Notes: generated by a model not told the origin, from the letters alone. A stretch of 64,000 nucleotides of DNA from an uncultured Dehalococcoidia bacterium (GCA_964371355.1 CAYJMG010000004.1:62041-126040); one strand, 5' to 3'. Shown: positions 11,949 through 21,980, counted from the stretch's first letter. Made by a program: numbers and translations.

Positions 11949-13259
11949 GTGCGGCGGTTTGTTCCACACCTGATCTTCCTTGCTGTGACGCTGGCGGGGT
12001 TCGCGTGGTCGATCCCGGTCGCGATGGCGTTGCCGCTGGCGGACGGGGCGACGGACTACAACGCCGCCGGGTTCCTAGTGCGGCACTCGTGGGTGAAGTT
12101 CGCGCTGGTGGCGACGCGGCCGTTCCGCGACGAGCTGTCGGAGCCCGAGAAAGACGCGCGGGTGGCACGCTTCTTCGAGCTGAACGCGCTCATCGCGGAG
12201 CGCGGGCGGTCGGCGGGGGATCCGGCGACGGACCCGGCCGCGGCCGAACATGCGCGGGCAGAAGAGGAGGGGCTGCGCCGGGAGCGCTCGCGCATCGAGA
12301 ACAGCGTCGAGGAAATCCTGGACGGGCGGCTGACAGCCGTGCTGAGGGAGCAGGGGCTGACGCGACACGTCGGGCGGGACATCGTGTGGCCGCCGGTGAG
12401 CATCGAGTTCGAGGATCCGCCGGCGGTACTGGTGGAGTCGCCCCGGACGGAGATCCGGCGCGCGAACGAGCGGCTGGTACAGGGGGACCTGCCGGTGTCG
12501 GAGAAGGTGCGGCTGGAGGCACAAGCGGAGGCGGACGGGGAGACGTCGGCGTTGGTGGTGGAGATCGGGGCGATCGCGATGTACCCGGCGATCATCCCGC
12601 CGGACGCGGACTACCGTTCGACGCTGCGGACGATGGCGCACGAGTGGGTGCACCACTACCTGTACTTCGCGCCGCTGGGGCGGAACTTCTACGCGGGCGA
12701 CAAGCTGGTGACGCTGAACGAGACGGTGGCGAACATCGTGGGGGACGAGGTGGGGGAGGCGATGTACCAGCGGTATCCGCTGGAGCGGGGGCCTGGGTAT
12801 GTGGTTGCGGGCGGCGACGCGCTTGTTACGGCGGCTCCCGGTGCCGACGACAGCGCTGCGTTGAGGGCTTCTGGTGATGTCACCACAAGATTCCTCGCTG
12901 CGCTCGGAATGGCAGGGAACGCAGACGCGCGCGCCTTCCAGGAGGCGTTTGATTTTCGGGAGGAGATGAGGGGGCTGCGGCTGGAGGTAGACGCGCTGCT
13001 GGCAGCGGGGAAGTTCGAGGAGGCGGAGCAAGTGATGGAAGAGCGGCGGGAGTCGTTCGTGGCGAACGGGTACTACATCCGGCGGATCAATCAGGCGTAC
13101 TTTGCGTTTCACGGGTCATACGCAGACACGGCGGCATCGAGCGACCCGATCGGGCCGAAGATGGCGCGGCTGCGGGAGGGGAGTCCGTCTGTGAAGGCCT
13201 TCCTGGAGCGCGCGCGGGAGATCACGTCGGAGGGGGAGCTGGATGCGGCACTGCCGTGA
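11949..13259 (+). CDS. membrane-anchored putative zinc metallopeptidase (gluzincin-like)
   Basis: N-terminal TM helix, AHEWVHH plus downstream TLNETVA, NQAYFAFHGSYA. Confidence 0.7.
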   Translation: MRRFVPHLIFLAVTLAGFAWSIPVAMALPLADGATDYNAAGFLVRHSWVKFALVATRPFRDELSEPEKDARVARFFELNALIAERGRSAGDPATDPAAAEHARAEEEGLRRERSRIENSVEEILDGRLTAVLREQGLTRHVGRDIVWPPVSIEFEDPPAVLVESPRTEIRRANERLVQGDLPVSEKVRLEAQAEADGETSALVVEIGAIAMYPAIIPPDADYRSTLRTMAHEWVHHYLYFAPLGRNFYAGDKLVTLNETVANIVGDEVGEAMYQRYPLERGPGYVVAGGDALVTAAPGADDSAALRASGDVTTRFLAALGMAGNADARAFQEAFDFREEMRGLRLEVDALLAAGKFEEAEQVMEERRESFVANGYYIRRINQAYFAFHGSYADTAASSDPIGPKMARLREGSPSVKAFLERAREITSEGELDAALP

Positions 13260-13445
13260 TGGGTCTTTCTCAACGCAGAGACGCGGGGGCGCAGAGGATC
13301 GTTAGCGGATTGCGGAGGCGGTTACCGCGGATGCTACTGCAGTACTAGGACCACCGCAGGACAGGTCTGAAGACCGCTGCTTCGCAGGGCAGCGCCTGTC
13401 CGTACCGAGGTACAGAACGCGGTGCCCACGTGGAACAGGCACAGA

Positions 13446-13473
13446 GCGGAGCTAAAGCTCCGCTGCTACTTGC
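13446..13473 (-). repeat. GTAG-type REP-like palindrome
   Basis: GCAAGTAGCAGCGGAGCTTTAGCTCCGC on minus strand; 27/28 identical copy at 60377-60404. Confidence 0.75.
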
Positions 13474-14134
13474 CGCTAGCGATGGCGGTGCGGAGGGCCG
13501 CGAGGCTTTCTCTTGGGGAAGACTCGGAGTTGTAGACGCTGGAGCCGCAGACGAGGACGTTGGCGCCGGCGGCAACACAGGCGGCGGCGTTGTTGGCCTT
13601 GACGCCGCCGTCGATCTCGACATCGGGGGCGAGGCCGCGGGCGTCGAGGGTGGACTTCAGAGCGCGGACCTTGTCGAGCATGGCGGGGATCATCTTCTGG
13701 CCGCCCCAGCCGGGGTTGATGGCCATGACCATCACCTGGTCGGCAACTTCGAGGACGTGGTCGATGGCGGCGAGCGGGGTGGCGGGGTTGATGCAGATGC
13801 CGGCGCGCTTGCCCATGGCCTGGATGGTGCGGAGGAGGCGGTCGGCGTGGTGCGTGGCCTCGACGTGGAAGTTGATGATGTCACCACCAGCGGCGGCGAA
13901 GGCGTCGAACTGCCGCTCGGGGCGCTCGATCATGAGGTGGATGTCGAGCGGGAGCGTGGTGACCCTGCGGACCATCTCGACGACGATGGGGCCGAAGGTG
14001 ATGGGCGGGACGAAGTGGCCGTCCATGACATCGAGGTGGATGTAGTCGGCGCCGCCCTGCTCGGCCGCGCGGACCTGGTCGGCGAGGTGGCCGAAGTCGG
14101 CGGTGAGGATACTGGGGGCGAGTCGGATAGTCAT
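13466..14134 (-). CDS. rpe: ribulose-phosphate 3-epimerase
   Basis: LAPSILTADF, HLDVMDGHFVP, DIHLM, EIDGG. Confidence 0.97.
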   Translation of the reverse strand: MTIRLAPSILTADFGHLADQVRAAEQGGADYIHLDVMDGHFVPPITFGPIVVEMVRRVTTLPLDIHLMIERPERQFDAFAAAGGDIINFHVEATHHADRLLRTIQAMGKRAGICINPATPLAAIDHVLEVADQVMVMAINPGWGGQKMIPAMLDKVRALKSTLDARGLAPDVEIDGGVKANNAAACVAAGANVLVCGSSVYNSESSPRESLAALRTAIASGK

Positions 14135-14172
14135 GAGTGGTTAGCCGCTAGCGGTAAGTGGGCGACGATCGG

Positions 14173-15693
14173 TCATGTCTTCTTTTTCGTCTTCGTGGCG
14201 GCTGATCGTGAGTTTGGGGGGCGTTTTCGGCTTCTGGCGCCGGTGGGCGCGGCAGGCTGCCGCCTCCGCGGCTCTTCGAGCGCCCCAACCTGGGGCAGGA
14301 GATCCGGGAGGAACTTCTCGAGGCGTCTTCGGGCGCGGCGGAGCTCGGCGTGGACGCGGCGGGGGGCGGTGCCGCCGGTAACGTCCCGGGAGCGGACGGA
14401 GGTGTCGACGGTGATGTCGAGCGCGTCTTTCGCGAAGAGGGGCGAGAACCTACGGTAGTCATCGAGCGACAGCTCGTTCAGCTCCTTGCTCTGAGACTCG
14501 GCGTGGCGGACGAGCTTGCCCACGATCTCGTGCGCGTCGCGGAAGGGCAGGCCCTTGCGGACGAGATAGTCGGCGAGGTCGGTGGCGAGCGAGTAGTTGG
14601 CGGCGGCGGCGGAGCGCATGCGGGCCTCATGGACCTGGATGCGGGGGACCATCTCGGCGAAGACGGCCAGCGTTGTGAGGAGCGTGTCCTCGGCGTCGAA
14701 CAGGGCGGGCTTGTCCTCCTGGAGGTCGCGGTTGTAGGCGAGCGGGAGGCCCTTCAGTGTGGCGAGGAACGAGACGAGAGCGCCGATGGCGCGGCCGGTG
14801 CGGCCCCTGGCCAGCTCCGCGACGTCGGGGTTCTTCTTCTGGGGCATGATGCTGGAGCCGGTGGCGAAGGCATCGGGCAGCGCGATGAATGCGAACTCGG
14901 CGCTGGACCAGAGGATGAGTTCTTCGGCCAGGCGAGAGACGTGGACCATCGTCAGGGTGGCAGCGTAGATGTAGTCGGCCACGAAGTCGCGGTCGGAGAC
15001 GGCGTCGATGCTGTTCGTGCTGACGCTCGAGAACTCGAGTTCGGCGCAGACAGCGTCGCGGTCGAGGGGATAGGGCGAGCCGGCGAGCGCGCCGGAACCC
15101 AGGGGCATCACGTCGGTCCCGGCGTACGCGTCGGCGAAGCGCTGGGTATCGCGCTCGAACATGGCGACGTAGGCGAGCAGGTGGTGGGCGAAGAGCACAG
15201 GCTGGGCGCGCTGAAGGTGCGTGTAGCCTGGCATGATCGCGTTCTTGTGCGCCTCGGCGAGCGTCACGAGCGCGGCCTGCATGCCCAGGAGGCCCTCGAT
15301 GGCGGCGGCGCACGCCTGCATCACGTAGAGGCGGAAGCCGGTGGCGACCTGGTCGTTGCGGGAGCGCGCGGTGTGAAGCCGGCCGGCAACCGGGCCGATC
15401 ATGGCGGCGAGGCGCGTCTCGACGTTCATGTGGACGTCCTCGAGTTCGGGGCGGAGGGTGAACTCGCCGCGATCCCACTCGTCGAGGATCTGCTCGAGGC
15501 CGCTGATGATCTGGCCGGCGTCCAGCTTCGGGATGATGTTCTGACGACCGAGCATGCGGGCGTGGGCGATGGAGGCGATGATGTCCCACTCGACCAGGCG
15601 GGCGTCGGCGCGCACGGAGGATGTGTAGCCCTCGACGATGGCGGCGGTGGCGCCCTCGAAGCGGCCGGCCCACAGCTTGCCGACGGGCGTCAC
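14173..15693 (-). CDS. argH: argininosuccinate lyase
   Basis: KLWAGRF, HTARSRNDQV, MPGYTHLQRAQP, TGSSIMPQKKNPD; GTG 15693 overlaps the upstream TGA. Confidence 0.96.
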   Translation of the reverse strand: MTPVGKLWAGRFEGATAAIVEGYTSSVRADARLVEWDIIASIAHARMLGRQNIIPKLDAGQIISGLEQILDEWDRGEFTLRPELEDVHMNVETRLAAMIGPVAGRLHTARSRNDQVATGFRLYVMQACAAAIEGLLGMQAALVTLAEAHKNAIMPGYTHLQRAQPVLFAHHLLAYVAMFERDTQRFADAYAGTDVMPLGSGALAGSPYPLDRDAVCAELEFSSVSTNSIDAVSDRDFVADYIYAATLTMVHVSRLAEELILWSSAEFAFIALPDAFATGSSIMPQKKNPDVAELARGRTGRAIGALVSFLATLKGLPLAYNRDLQEDKPALFDAEDTLLTTLAVFAEMVPRIQVHEARMRSAAAANYSLATDLADYLVRKGLPFRDAHEIVGKLVRHAESQSKELNELSLDDYRRFSPLFAKDALDITVDTSVRSRDVTGGTAPRRVHAELRRARRRLEKFLPDLLPQVGALEEPRRRQPAAPTGARSRKRPPNSRSAATKTKKKT

Positions 15694-17372
15694 TGCGGGC
15701 CCGGCCTGGTCATGAGCAGCACGAGCCCGGCGTCCTTTCGGACCAGCAGGTTTAGCCACTTGCCGTCCACCTCCTGCACGCGCGGCTCGTACTCGTCGAA
15801 CAGGCGCTCGTTGTTGACCATGTCGATGGCCGCGGGGATGAAGATGCCGCCCAGCCTGGCGTAGGAGGCCTCGCCGCGCGGCTCCGCGGTGAGCCCATCG
15901 AACAGCAGGATGATATCAGGCTCGAGGTCGAGCACGTATTCGGAGTCGTACTTCTCGTGCCCGGCGGCGAGTTCGCCGATCTTGAGGTTGCGGTGCGCGA
16001 TGTGCTCGTCGGTGATACCGAGCATGTCGACGATGGTGAGGCGTGATTCGTAGCCGAGGGCGCCGACGGGGATGGTGGCGACGGTGGTGTCGGAGGGAAG
16101 GTGGTCGCGCAGCCAACGGCCGATGAGCGCGCGCTCATCGACGGCCCGACGCTCGCCGCGCGTGTCCCAGGCATCGACGGCCTGGGGATGGAGAGTGATG
16201 GCGACGGAGGCGAGCACGGCGACGGAAGCGATGGCCTCGGCGACGTAGCGCTGGCGTGGCATGGCAGTACGGAGGCGCGTGGCGATGGAGACGGCGGTGA
16301 CGGCAAGCACGCCGTAGTACAGCGGGAGCACCGGGGCGATGAAGCGGTAGCGGAGCAGCGAGTCGCCGCCGACGTAGGCGGTGTAACCGAGCCACGCGCC
16401 GGCGAGGACGAGGACGTAGAGCGCCGCGCCGCGGCGGACGGCGCTTTCGGCGATGGCGAGGGGGAGGAGGAGCAGGAGCCAGCCGCCGGTCTCCTGGAGG
16501 AAGGCGAGGACGTACTTGATGCCGCGGTCGTACTGGTCGAGGCCGGAGCCGACCTTCGCGTAGTACGTATTGGGGAAGAACCAGTCGTAGTAGTTGTAGC
16601 GCCAGATGAAGTACGGCGCGTAGACGGCGGCAAAAACCCCGGCCCAGAGCACGACGTGCCCTCCGCCGAAGACGAACGCGCGCAGCCGCATGCCCTTCGG
16701 CGCGGCGCGGACCTGGCGGACGAGGTCGCCCAGCTTGAAGAGACCGGTGATGCCGGCGAACAGCACGCCATCGGCGCGAGCCATGCCGACGAAGGCCCAC
16801 ATGATGCCGGAGGCCGGCGGCCAGCCGACGCGGTCGCGGCGGGGACGCTCGCGCAGGTGCAGGGTGACGGCGATGAGCGTGAGGGAAGCGAAAAGGGGAG
16901 CCTCGAGGCCGGCCGTGGCCCACATGGCCCAGGCGCCACTGGCGCAGAGGAGGATGGCGGCGATGAAGCCGGCGATGCGGCCGGGCGTGCCGGCGATGAG
17001 CTGTGTGGTTACGACGTAGGTGGCACCGGCGGCGACGACGGCGAGCGCGTACCCGAGCCAGCGGGCGCTGAGGATGATATCGGCGCCGAGCTTGTGGAGG
17101 CCCGCAAGGATGGCGACCCAGAGGAAGTTGGTGTAGCCCTCGACGTGCTGGCCGGGGTTCCATACGGGGCCGGCGCCTTCCGAGAGGTTGCGTGCGTAGC
17201 GGTAGGAGATGTAGGCGTCGTCGCTGGTGTAGTGGAAGTAGAAGTATTGCAGCAGGAGGATGGCGGCGGAGGCCCCGACGGTGGCGATGAGCCATTGTCG
17301 GGTGAAGCGCCCGATGCCGCCCGCGATGGCGGCGGTGCCGATGACACCCAGGACGAGCCAGGGGAAGTTCAT
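15690..17372 (-). CDS. polytopic GT-C-like glycosyltransferase
   Basis: DDAYISYRYARNL, VEGYTNFLW, ARADG, FPNTYYAK, DMLGITD; many TM helices. Confidence 0.75.
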   Translation of the reverse strand: MNFPWLVLGVIGTAAIAGGIGRFTRQWLIATVGASAAILLLQYFYFHYTSDDAYISYRYARNLSEGAGPVWNPGQHVEGYTNFLWVAILAGLHKLGADIILSARWLGYALAVVAAGATYVVTTQLIAGTPGRIAGFIAAILLCASGAWAMWATAGLEAPLFASLTLIAVTLHLRERPRRDRVGWPPASGIMWAFVGMARADGVLFAGITGLFKLGDLVRQVRAAPKGMRLRAFVFGGGHVVLWAGVFAAVYAPYFIWRYNYYDWFFPNTYYAKVGSGLDQYDRGIKYVLAFLQETGGWLLLLLPLAIAESAVRRGAALYVLVLAGAWLGYTAYVGGDSLLRYRFIAPVLPLYYGVLAVTAVSIATRLRTAMPRQRYVAEAIASVAVLASVAITLHPQAVDAWDTRGERRAVDERALIGRWLRDHLPSDTTVATIPVGALGYESRLTIVDMLGITDEHIAHRNLKIGELAAGHEKYDSEYVLDLEPDIILLFDGLTAEPRGEASYARLGGIFIPAAIDMVNNERLFDEYEPRVQEVDGKWLNLLVRKDAGLVLLMTRPGPQ

Positions 17373-17559
17373 GCGGGGCGGCCCGCCCCGGTGCCGAAGC
17401 CGTGTATCACGGGCTTCATTGTAGGCGCAGGCAGGGCCTGCCGCCTGCCCTCGGCCGGGGGAAGCCGCCGGGGCGACCGGCCGACGGGCCGCGGGGCGAT
17501 GGTCGCCGTCACAATGGCGTCTCACCTGCCGGGTGGCACCCGTCACGCTGCCACGGGGG

Positions 17560-17567
17560 GCCGATAC
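17560..17567 (+). promoter_or_regulatory. sigma-28-like -10 element GCCGATAC
   Basis: 7/8 match to GCCGATAA, 34 nt upstream of the GGDEF-EAL ATG; weak -35. Confidence 0.45.
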
Positions 17568-17601
17568 TCGCTTGGGCGAACAAAGCCCCGGCGAGGAGAA
17601 C

Positions 17602-19782
17602 ATGCACCGACTGTCCCTTTCCATGCTTGCCGCGGCTGCGGCTGCCATCCTCGTGCTGATCACCGCCGTGCTGGCCGTGGCGATCCTTGACGACATCAAC
17701 GAAGCGCGCACGAAGGGCGACCAGCTGCAGCACGAGGTGGACGAGCTGCGGCTGCTGCGGCAGTTCGAGAGCGCGCTCTTCATCGAGGTCGGATCTATGC
17801 CGGCGTACATCCTGTCGCCGGACGAGCGGTACGCGCGGGACTTCGAGGACGCGCGGGTGCGAGCAGCATCGGCGCTGCAGCAACTGGAGGGGCTGGACAC
17901 CCACGGCGCGGAGGAGGACGCGGCGTTGCAGGCGCTAACGGCGAGCTACGCGGACCTGACGGCGCAGTCGAGGGGCAGCATGGACGCGCTGGTGGGGAAC
18001 CCGGCGGAGGTAGAGCTGACACCGGAGGGGATCGGCGCGTTCGTGGACGTGTTCTACGAGGTGCAGGCGTCGGCGGAGGCCGCCTCGACGGAGAACGAGG
18101 CGCGAGTCGTGGATCTGGATCAGCAGGTACGCGACGCGGTCCGTGAGCGGTCGCAGTTACTACTCGCGCTCGTCGGGTTCTGGTCGGGGGTGATCCTCGC
18201 GACGACGATCGCGGCGTACTGGCTGGTCGCGCGGCCGATCGTCGGTGTTTCGCACGTGGCGCGGGCGTTCGCGCGGGGCGAGCGCGCGGTGCGCGCGACG
18301 ATCTCGGGGCCGCGGGAATTGTCGCAGTTGGGCGCCGACATGAACTTCATGCTGGAGACGACGAACGAGCGGGCGCGGGCGCTGGAGATGGAAGCGCTGG
18401 AGCGCAGGCGCATCGCGGAGGCGCTGGAACGGACGCTGGAGTCGGAGCGGGCGCTACGAGACCAGTTGCAGCACCAGGCGTTCCACGATCCCCTGACGGG
18501 CCTGAGCAACCGCGCGCGGTTCATCGACCGGCTGGATCACGCGCTGGCGCGCAGGACGGTGCGGGCGGCGGGCCCGTCGCTGCTGTTCCTGGACCTGGAT
18601 GACTTCAAGTCGATCAACGACACGCTGGGGCACGCGGCGGGCGACGACCTGCTGCGGCAGGTCGGCGAACGGCTGCAGGCCTGCCTGAGGCCGGCGGACA
18701 CGCTGGCGCGGCTGGGCGGCGACGAGTTCGGCGCACTTATCGAGGAGGCGCTCGAAGAAGACGCCCTGATCGTGGCGGAGCGGATCCTGGATGCGCTACG
18801 CATGCCGTTCACGATCGCCGACCGCGAGGTGTTCAGCCGGGCGAGCGTGGGCGTGGTGCAGGCAAACCATGACGTAAGCGGTGCCGACCTGCTGCGCCAC
18901 GCCGACGTTGCGATGTACGTGGCGAAGAGCCAGGGGAAGTCGCGGGTTATTGCCTACCGTGACGACATGGAAGCGGCGATGATGGACGAGATCGCGCTGG
19001 AGAACGACCTGCAGCGCGCGTTGGAGCGAAACGAGCTGGTGGTGCAGTACCAGCCTGTCGTGGGCGTGGCGGACGAGGCTCTCCTGGGTTTCGAGGCGCT
19101 GTTGCGGTGGCGGCATCCGTCGCGGGGCATGATCGAGCCGGACGCCTTCATCTACATCGCCGAGCGCACGGGGCTGGTGATGCCGATCGGCGAGTGGGTG
19201 CTCCGACAGGCGTGCGACACGCTGGCGCGCTGGCAGGAGCGGTACCCGCACCACCCGTCTCTCACGATGTCGGTCAACGTCTCCGCCCGGCAACTGGGGC
19301 AGCCGGACTTCACGGACGCGGTGGCGGCCGCGCTACGGGACACCGGCATCGCGCCGAACACGCTGATCCTGGAGATCACGGAGTCGGCGATGATGGCGGA
19401 CGGCACGCGGGCGATCGGCTACTTGCAGACGCTGCACGAGCTGGGAGTACGGCTGGCGGTCGACGACTTCGGGACGGGATACTCGTCGCTGTCTTACCTG
19501 CGCAACTTCCCGCTCGACGAGTTGAAGGTCGACAAGTCGTTCGTCGATCACGTGACGGAATCGGGGAAAGAAGAGCATGTAGTGCGCTCGATCATCGGGC
19601 TGGCGAAGGCGCTGCACCTGAAGATCGTGGCGGAGGGCGTCGAGCGGGGCGACCAGTTGGAGATTCTGCGCGCGTTCGACTGTGACGAGGCGCAGGGGTT
19701 CTTGTTCAGCACGGCGATGGACGCGGACGACGCCGAACGGCTGCTGGAACGCGGAAGGCAGATGACGCGGGCTGCCGCCTGA
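17602..19782 (+). CDS. membrane sensor HAMP-GGDEF-EAL diguanylate cyclase/phosphodiesterase
   Basis: Two TM helices, HAMP, AFHDPLTGLSNR, RLGGDEF, FEALLRW, DDFGTGYSSL; GAGGAG RBS. Confidence 0.93.
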   Translation: MHRLSLSMLAAAAAAILVLITAVLAVAILDDINEARTKGDQLQHEVDELRLLRQFESALFIEVGSMPAYILSPDERYARDFEDARVRAASALQQLEGLDTHGAEEDAALQALTASYADLTAQSRGSMDALVGNPAEVELTPEGIGAFVDVFYEVQASAEAASTENEARVVDLDQQVRDAVRERSQLLLALVGFWSGVILATTIAAYWLVARPIVGVSHVARAFARGERAVRATISGPRELSQLGADMNFMLETTNERARALEMEALERRRIAEALERTLESERALRDQLQHQAFHDPLTGLSNRARFIDRLDHALARRTVRAAGPSLLFLDLDDFKSINDTLGHAAGDDLLRQVGERLQACLRPADTLARLGGDEFGALIEEALEEDALIVAERILDALRMPFTIADREVFSRASVGVVQANHDVSGADLLRHADVAMYVAKSQGKSRVIAYRDDMEAAMMDEIALENDLQRALERNELVVQYQPVVGVADEALLGFEALLRWRHPSRGMIEPDAFIYIAERTGLVMPIGEWVLRQACDTLARWQERYPHHPSLTMSVNVSARQLGQPDFTDAVAAALRDTGIAPNTLILEITESAMMADGTRAIGYLQTLHELGVRLAVDDFGTGYSSLSYLRNFPLDELKVDKSFVDHVTESGKEEHVVRSIIGLAKALHLKIVAEGVERGDQLEILRAFDCDEAQGFLFSTAMDADDAERLLERGRQMTRAAA

Positions 19783-19787
19783 GACGG

Positions 19788-20630
19788 CTACTTCAGGATA
19801 GGCAGCTCGGTGAGTTCCCAGAGGTTCCAGATCGTGAAGTCGGGGCTGGCGCCTTCGCCTTCGGCGTAGTTGCCCAGGGCGCGGCCGGTCTGGGCGCGGG
19901 TGGCGGGGGAGGTGGTGACGTTGCCGTCGCCGTGGGGGCCTTCGCCGACTTGCTCGTCCTCGTGAGGCGGGTCGGCCTTGCGGACGCGGCGCCAGACGGC
20001 GGTCATGCCGAGCGCCTGGGCACCCTGGACGTCAGCGCGGAGCGAGTCGCCGACCATAACGCACTCTTCGGCCGGCAAGCTCATCTCACGGAGGGTGTAG
20101 TTGTAGCACTCGGCGTGCGGCTTCATGTAGCCGATGTCGCAGGAGACGGCGACGGACTCGAAGTACCTGTCGAGGCCAAGCTCGCGCAGCTCCTCCTGGA
20201 AGCGCGGACCGCCGAACACGCGGTTGGTGACGCAGCCGATGCGGTAGCCCTTTTCCCGCAGCCAGTCGAGGGTCTGGAAGGCGTCATCGAACATGGTGCG
20301 ACCGAGCGCGAGGCCCCCGATGTTCCAGGCGTCCCAGAGACGGGCGCCCTGGTCGTAGGTGAGGTCGAGGCCCATGCGGTTGGCGATCTGGCGGACGACC
20401 TCGTTGAAGTCGGGGCTGACGCAATCGGCCTCGTAGGCAGTGCGGTCAGCCTTCTCGACGCCGAGGCGGATCTCGCGGCCGAGGAAGCGCAGTTCGCCCT
20501 CGAGGGGCACGCCGAACTCCTCAAGGGCGGCGGTGATACGGCGCATGGTCTCCATGCGGATGTCCATCGCGGCGGGCATTTTGGGGAAGTGCCAGAGGGT
20601 GTCGCCGAGGTCGAAGAGGATGGCTTTCAT
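19788..20630 (-). CDS. HAD-superfamily hydrolase
   Basis: ILFDLGDTL, VTN, KPH, MVGDSLRADVQGA. Confidence 0.9.
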   Translation of the reverse strand: MKAILFDLGDTLWHFPKMPAAMDIRMETMRRITAALEEFGVPLEGELRFLGREIRLGVEKADRTAYEADCVSPDFNEVVRQIANRMGLDLTYDQGARLWDAWNIGGLALGRTMFDDAFQTLDWLREKGYRIGCVTNRVFGGPRFQEELRELGLDRYFESVAVSCDIGYMKPHAECYNYTLREMSLPAEECVMVGDSLRADVQGAQALGMTAVWRRVRKADPPHEDEQVGEGPHGDGNVTTSPATRAQTGRALGNYAEGEGASPDFTIWNLWELTELPILK

Positions 20631-20732
20631 AGTTGGCAGTTCACAGTGGACAGTGGACAGATGCGTTGGTTGGTCGCTGGTCGAAGCGTAGCGTGACGGG
20701 ACGTGGCGGGCTAATCGGGCGGCCGCTTGACG

Positions 20733-20942
20733 TTAGTCGCGGCGGGAAGACGACTGGCTGCGGCCGAAGATGCCGAGGAGGGGAGAACCGGCGCCGAGGA
20801 GGAAGCCGAAGTCGTACCAGTTGCCGGCGCGCGCGAGGTTGTAGAAGGGGAAGCGGTCCCAGCCGCCGAAGACGTGGACGATGAGGATGAACCAGGCGGT
20901 GAAGCCGTTCCAGAAGCCCCAGAGGAAGTCCTGCCACCACAT
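20733..20942 (-). CDS. small Trp/Phe-rich membrane protein
   Basis: FLWGFWNGF...FY...GNWYDFGFLLG; host-like codon usage. Confidence 0.7.
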   Translation of the reverse strand: MWWQDFLWGFWNGFTAWFILIVHVFGGWDRFPFYNLARAGNWYDFGFLLGAGSPLLGIFGRSQSSSRRD

Positions 20943-21158
20943 CTTTAGTTCTCAGTTGTCAGGTTTCAGGTTCCAAGATCGCGACTTGAGGAGGCCTGCG
21001 CGAGGGCCGGATGACCCAATGTCATGCGCGGACGGCATGCCGCCGCGGCGCACGGGTGCCATAAAGATGGCCGATGACTGGCTCTCGGTGTCGTCCGGTG
21101 GGCTCTCCCAGCCGCTCGCGGTAGTGTGGTACGAAACCACGCGAGGAGGGCCACCCTG

Positions 21159-21980
21159 ATGCGGATGCACGGCATCGAGATCCCAGTCCACGACATGGAC
21201 CGCGCATACCTCTTCTATCGAGACATCTTGCGGTTCCCAGCGATAGGGCGATTCGGGGGCGACCTGTCCATGTTCTTCCTGAGTGATGTGCATGGTGGCA
21301 TGGCGATGCTGATTCGTTCTGAGGGCCCGCCGGATGGCCGGGGCTCGCGGCTGATCTTGACCGCGGATGGTATCGATCGCGAGCGGGCAGAGCTCGAGGC
21401 GATGGGCGTGACGTTCCTCGGAGGCACGGACCACAGCCCGCTCGGGTCGACCGCACACTTCCTCGACTCGGAGGGCAACCGGCTGGTGCTGTTCGACAAC
21501 ACGATCACGCAGTTGCTGCGCGAGCAGGCGCATGCATCCAACGCGGTGCTTGCCTCGGCGCTTGATGCGAGGCAAGCGACGTTGCTGGCGACGCTCTCCG
21601 GGCTAAGCGAGCACGACGCGGCGTCTCGCCCTGCCCCTGATGAGTGGCCGATCCTCGGCCACGTGGCGCACGTCGTGGACACGCTCGACTCGTGCGGAGT
21701 GATAGCGCGTGACCTGGCCGTTGGTCGCCAGCCCCCGCGCGACCTCCTCCTGCGCCGGGAGTACGCCCTCGAGACGCTCGCCAGCGGCCGCAGCGAGCTG
21801 GAGCGCGCATTCATGGGCGCGCAGGGCTGGCTGCGGGAACTGCCCGACGCGGACGGCGACGCCCGGCTCGTGCATGGCGTGTTCGGCGGGCTGAGCGCCC
21901 GAGAGTGGGCTGCCTTCATGCTCTTCCACATCGGCCTGCATACCGATCAGATCCGGGCGATTACGTCCACAAACCGGTGA
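21159..21980 (+). CDS. VOC/glyoxalase - DinB-like fusion protein
   Basis: FYRDIL...FLDSEGNRLVL N-terminal domain; RPAPDEWPILGHVAHV...HGVFGGL...FHIGLHTDQI C-terminal domain; GAGGAGG RBS. Confidence 0.8.
   Translation: MRMHGIEIPVHDMDRAYLFYRDILRFPAIGRFGGDLSMFFLSDVHGGMAMLIRSEGPPDGRGSRLILTADGIDRERAELEAMGVTFLGGTDHSPLGSTAHFLDSEGNRLVLFDNTITQLLREQAHASNAVLASALDARQATLLATLSGLSEHDAASRPAPDEWPILGHVAHVVDTLDSCGVIARDLAVGRQPPRDLLLRREYALETLASGRSELERAFMGAQGWLRELPDADGDARLVHGVFGGLSAREWAAFMLFHIGLHTDQIRAITSTNR

Noticed and set aside
17373-17601. c-di-GMP riboswitch upstream of the GGDEF-EAL gene
   Set aside because: No GEMM-type GCAAA...GAAA / GACGCAAAGC pattern recognised
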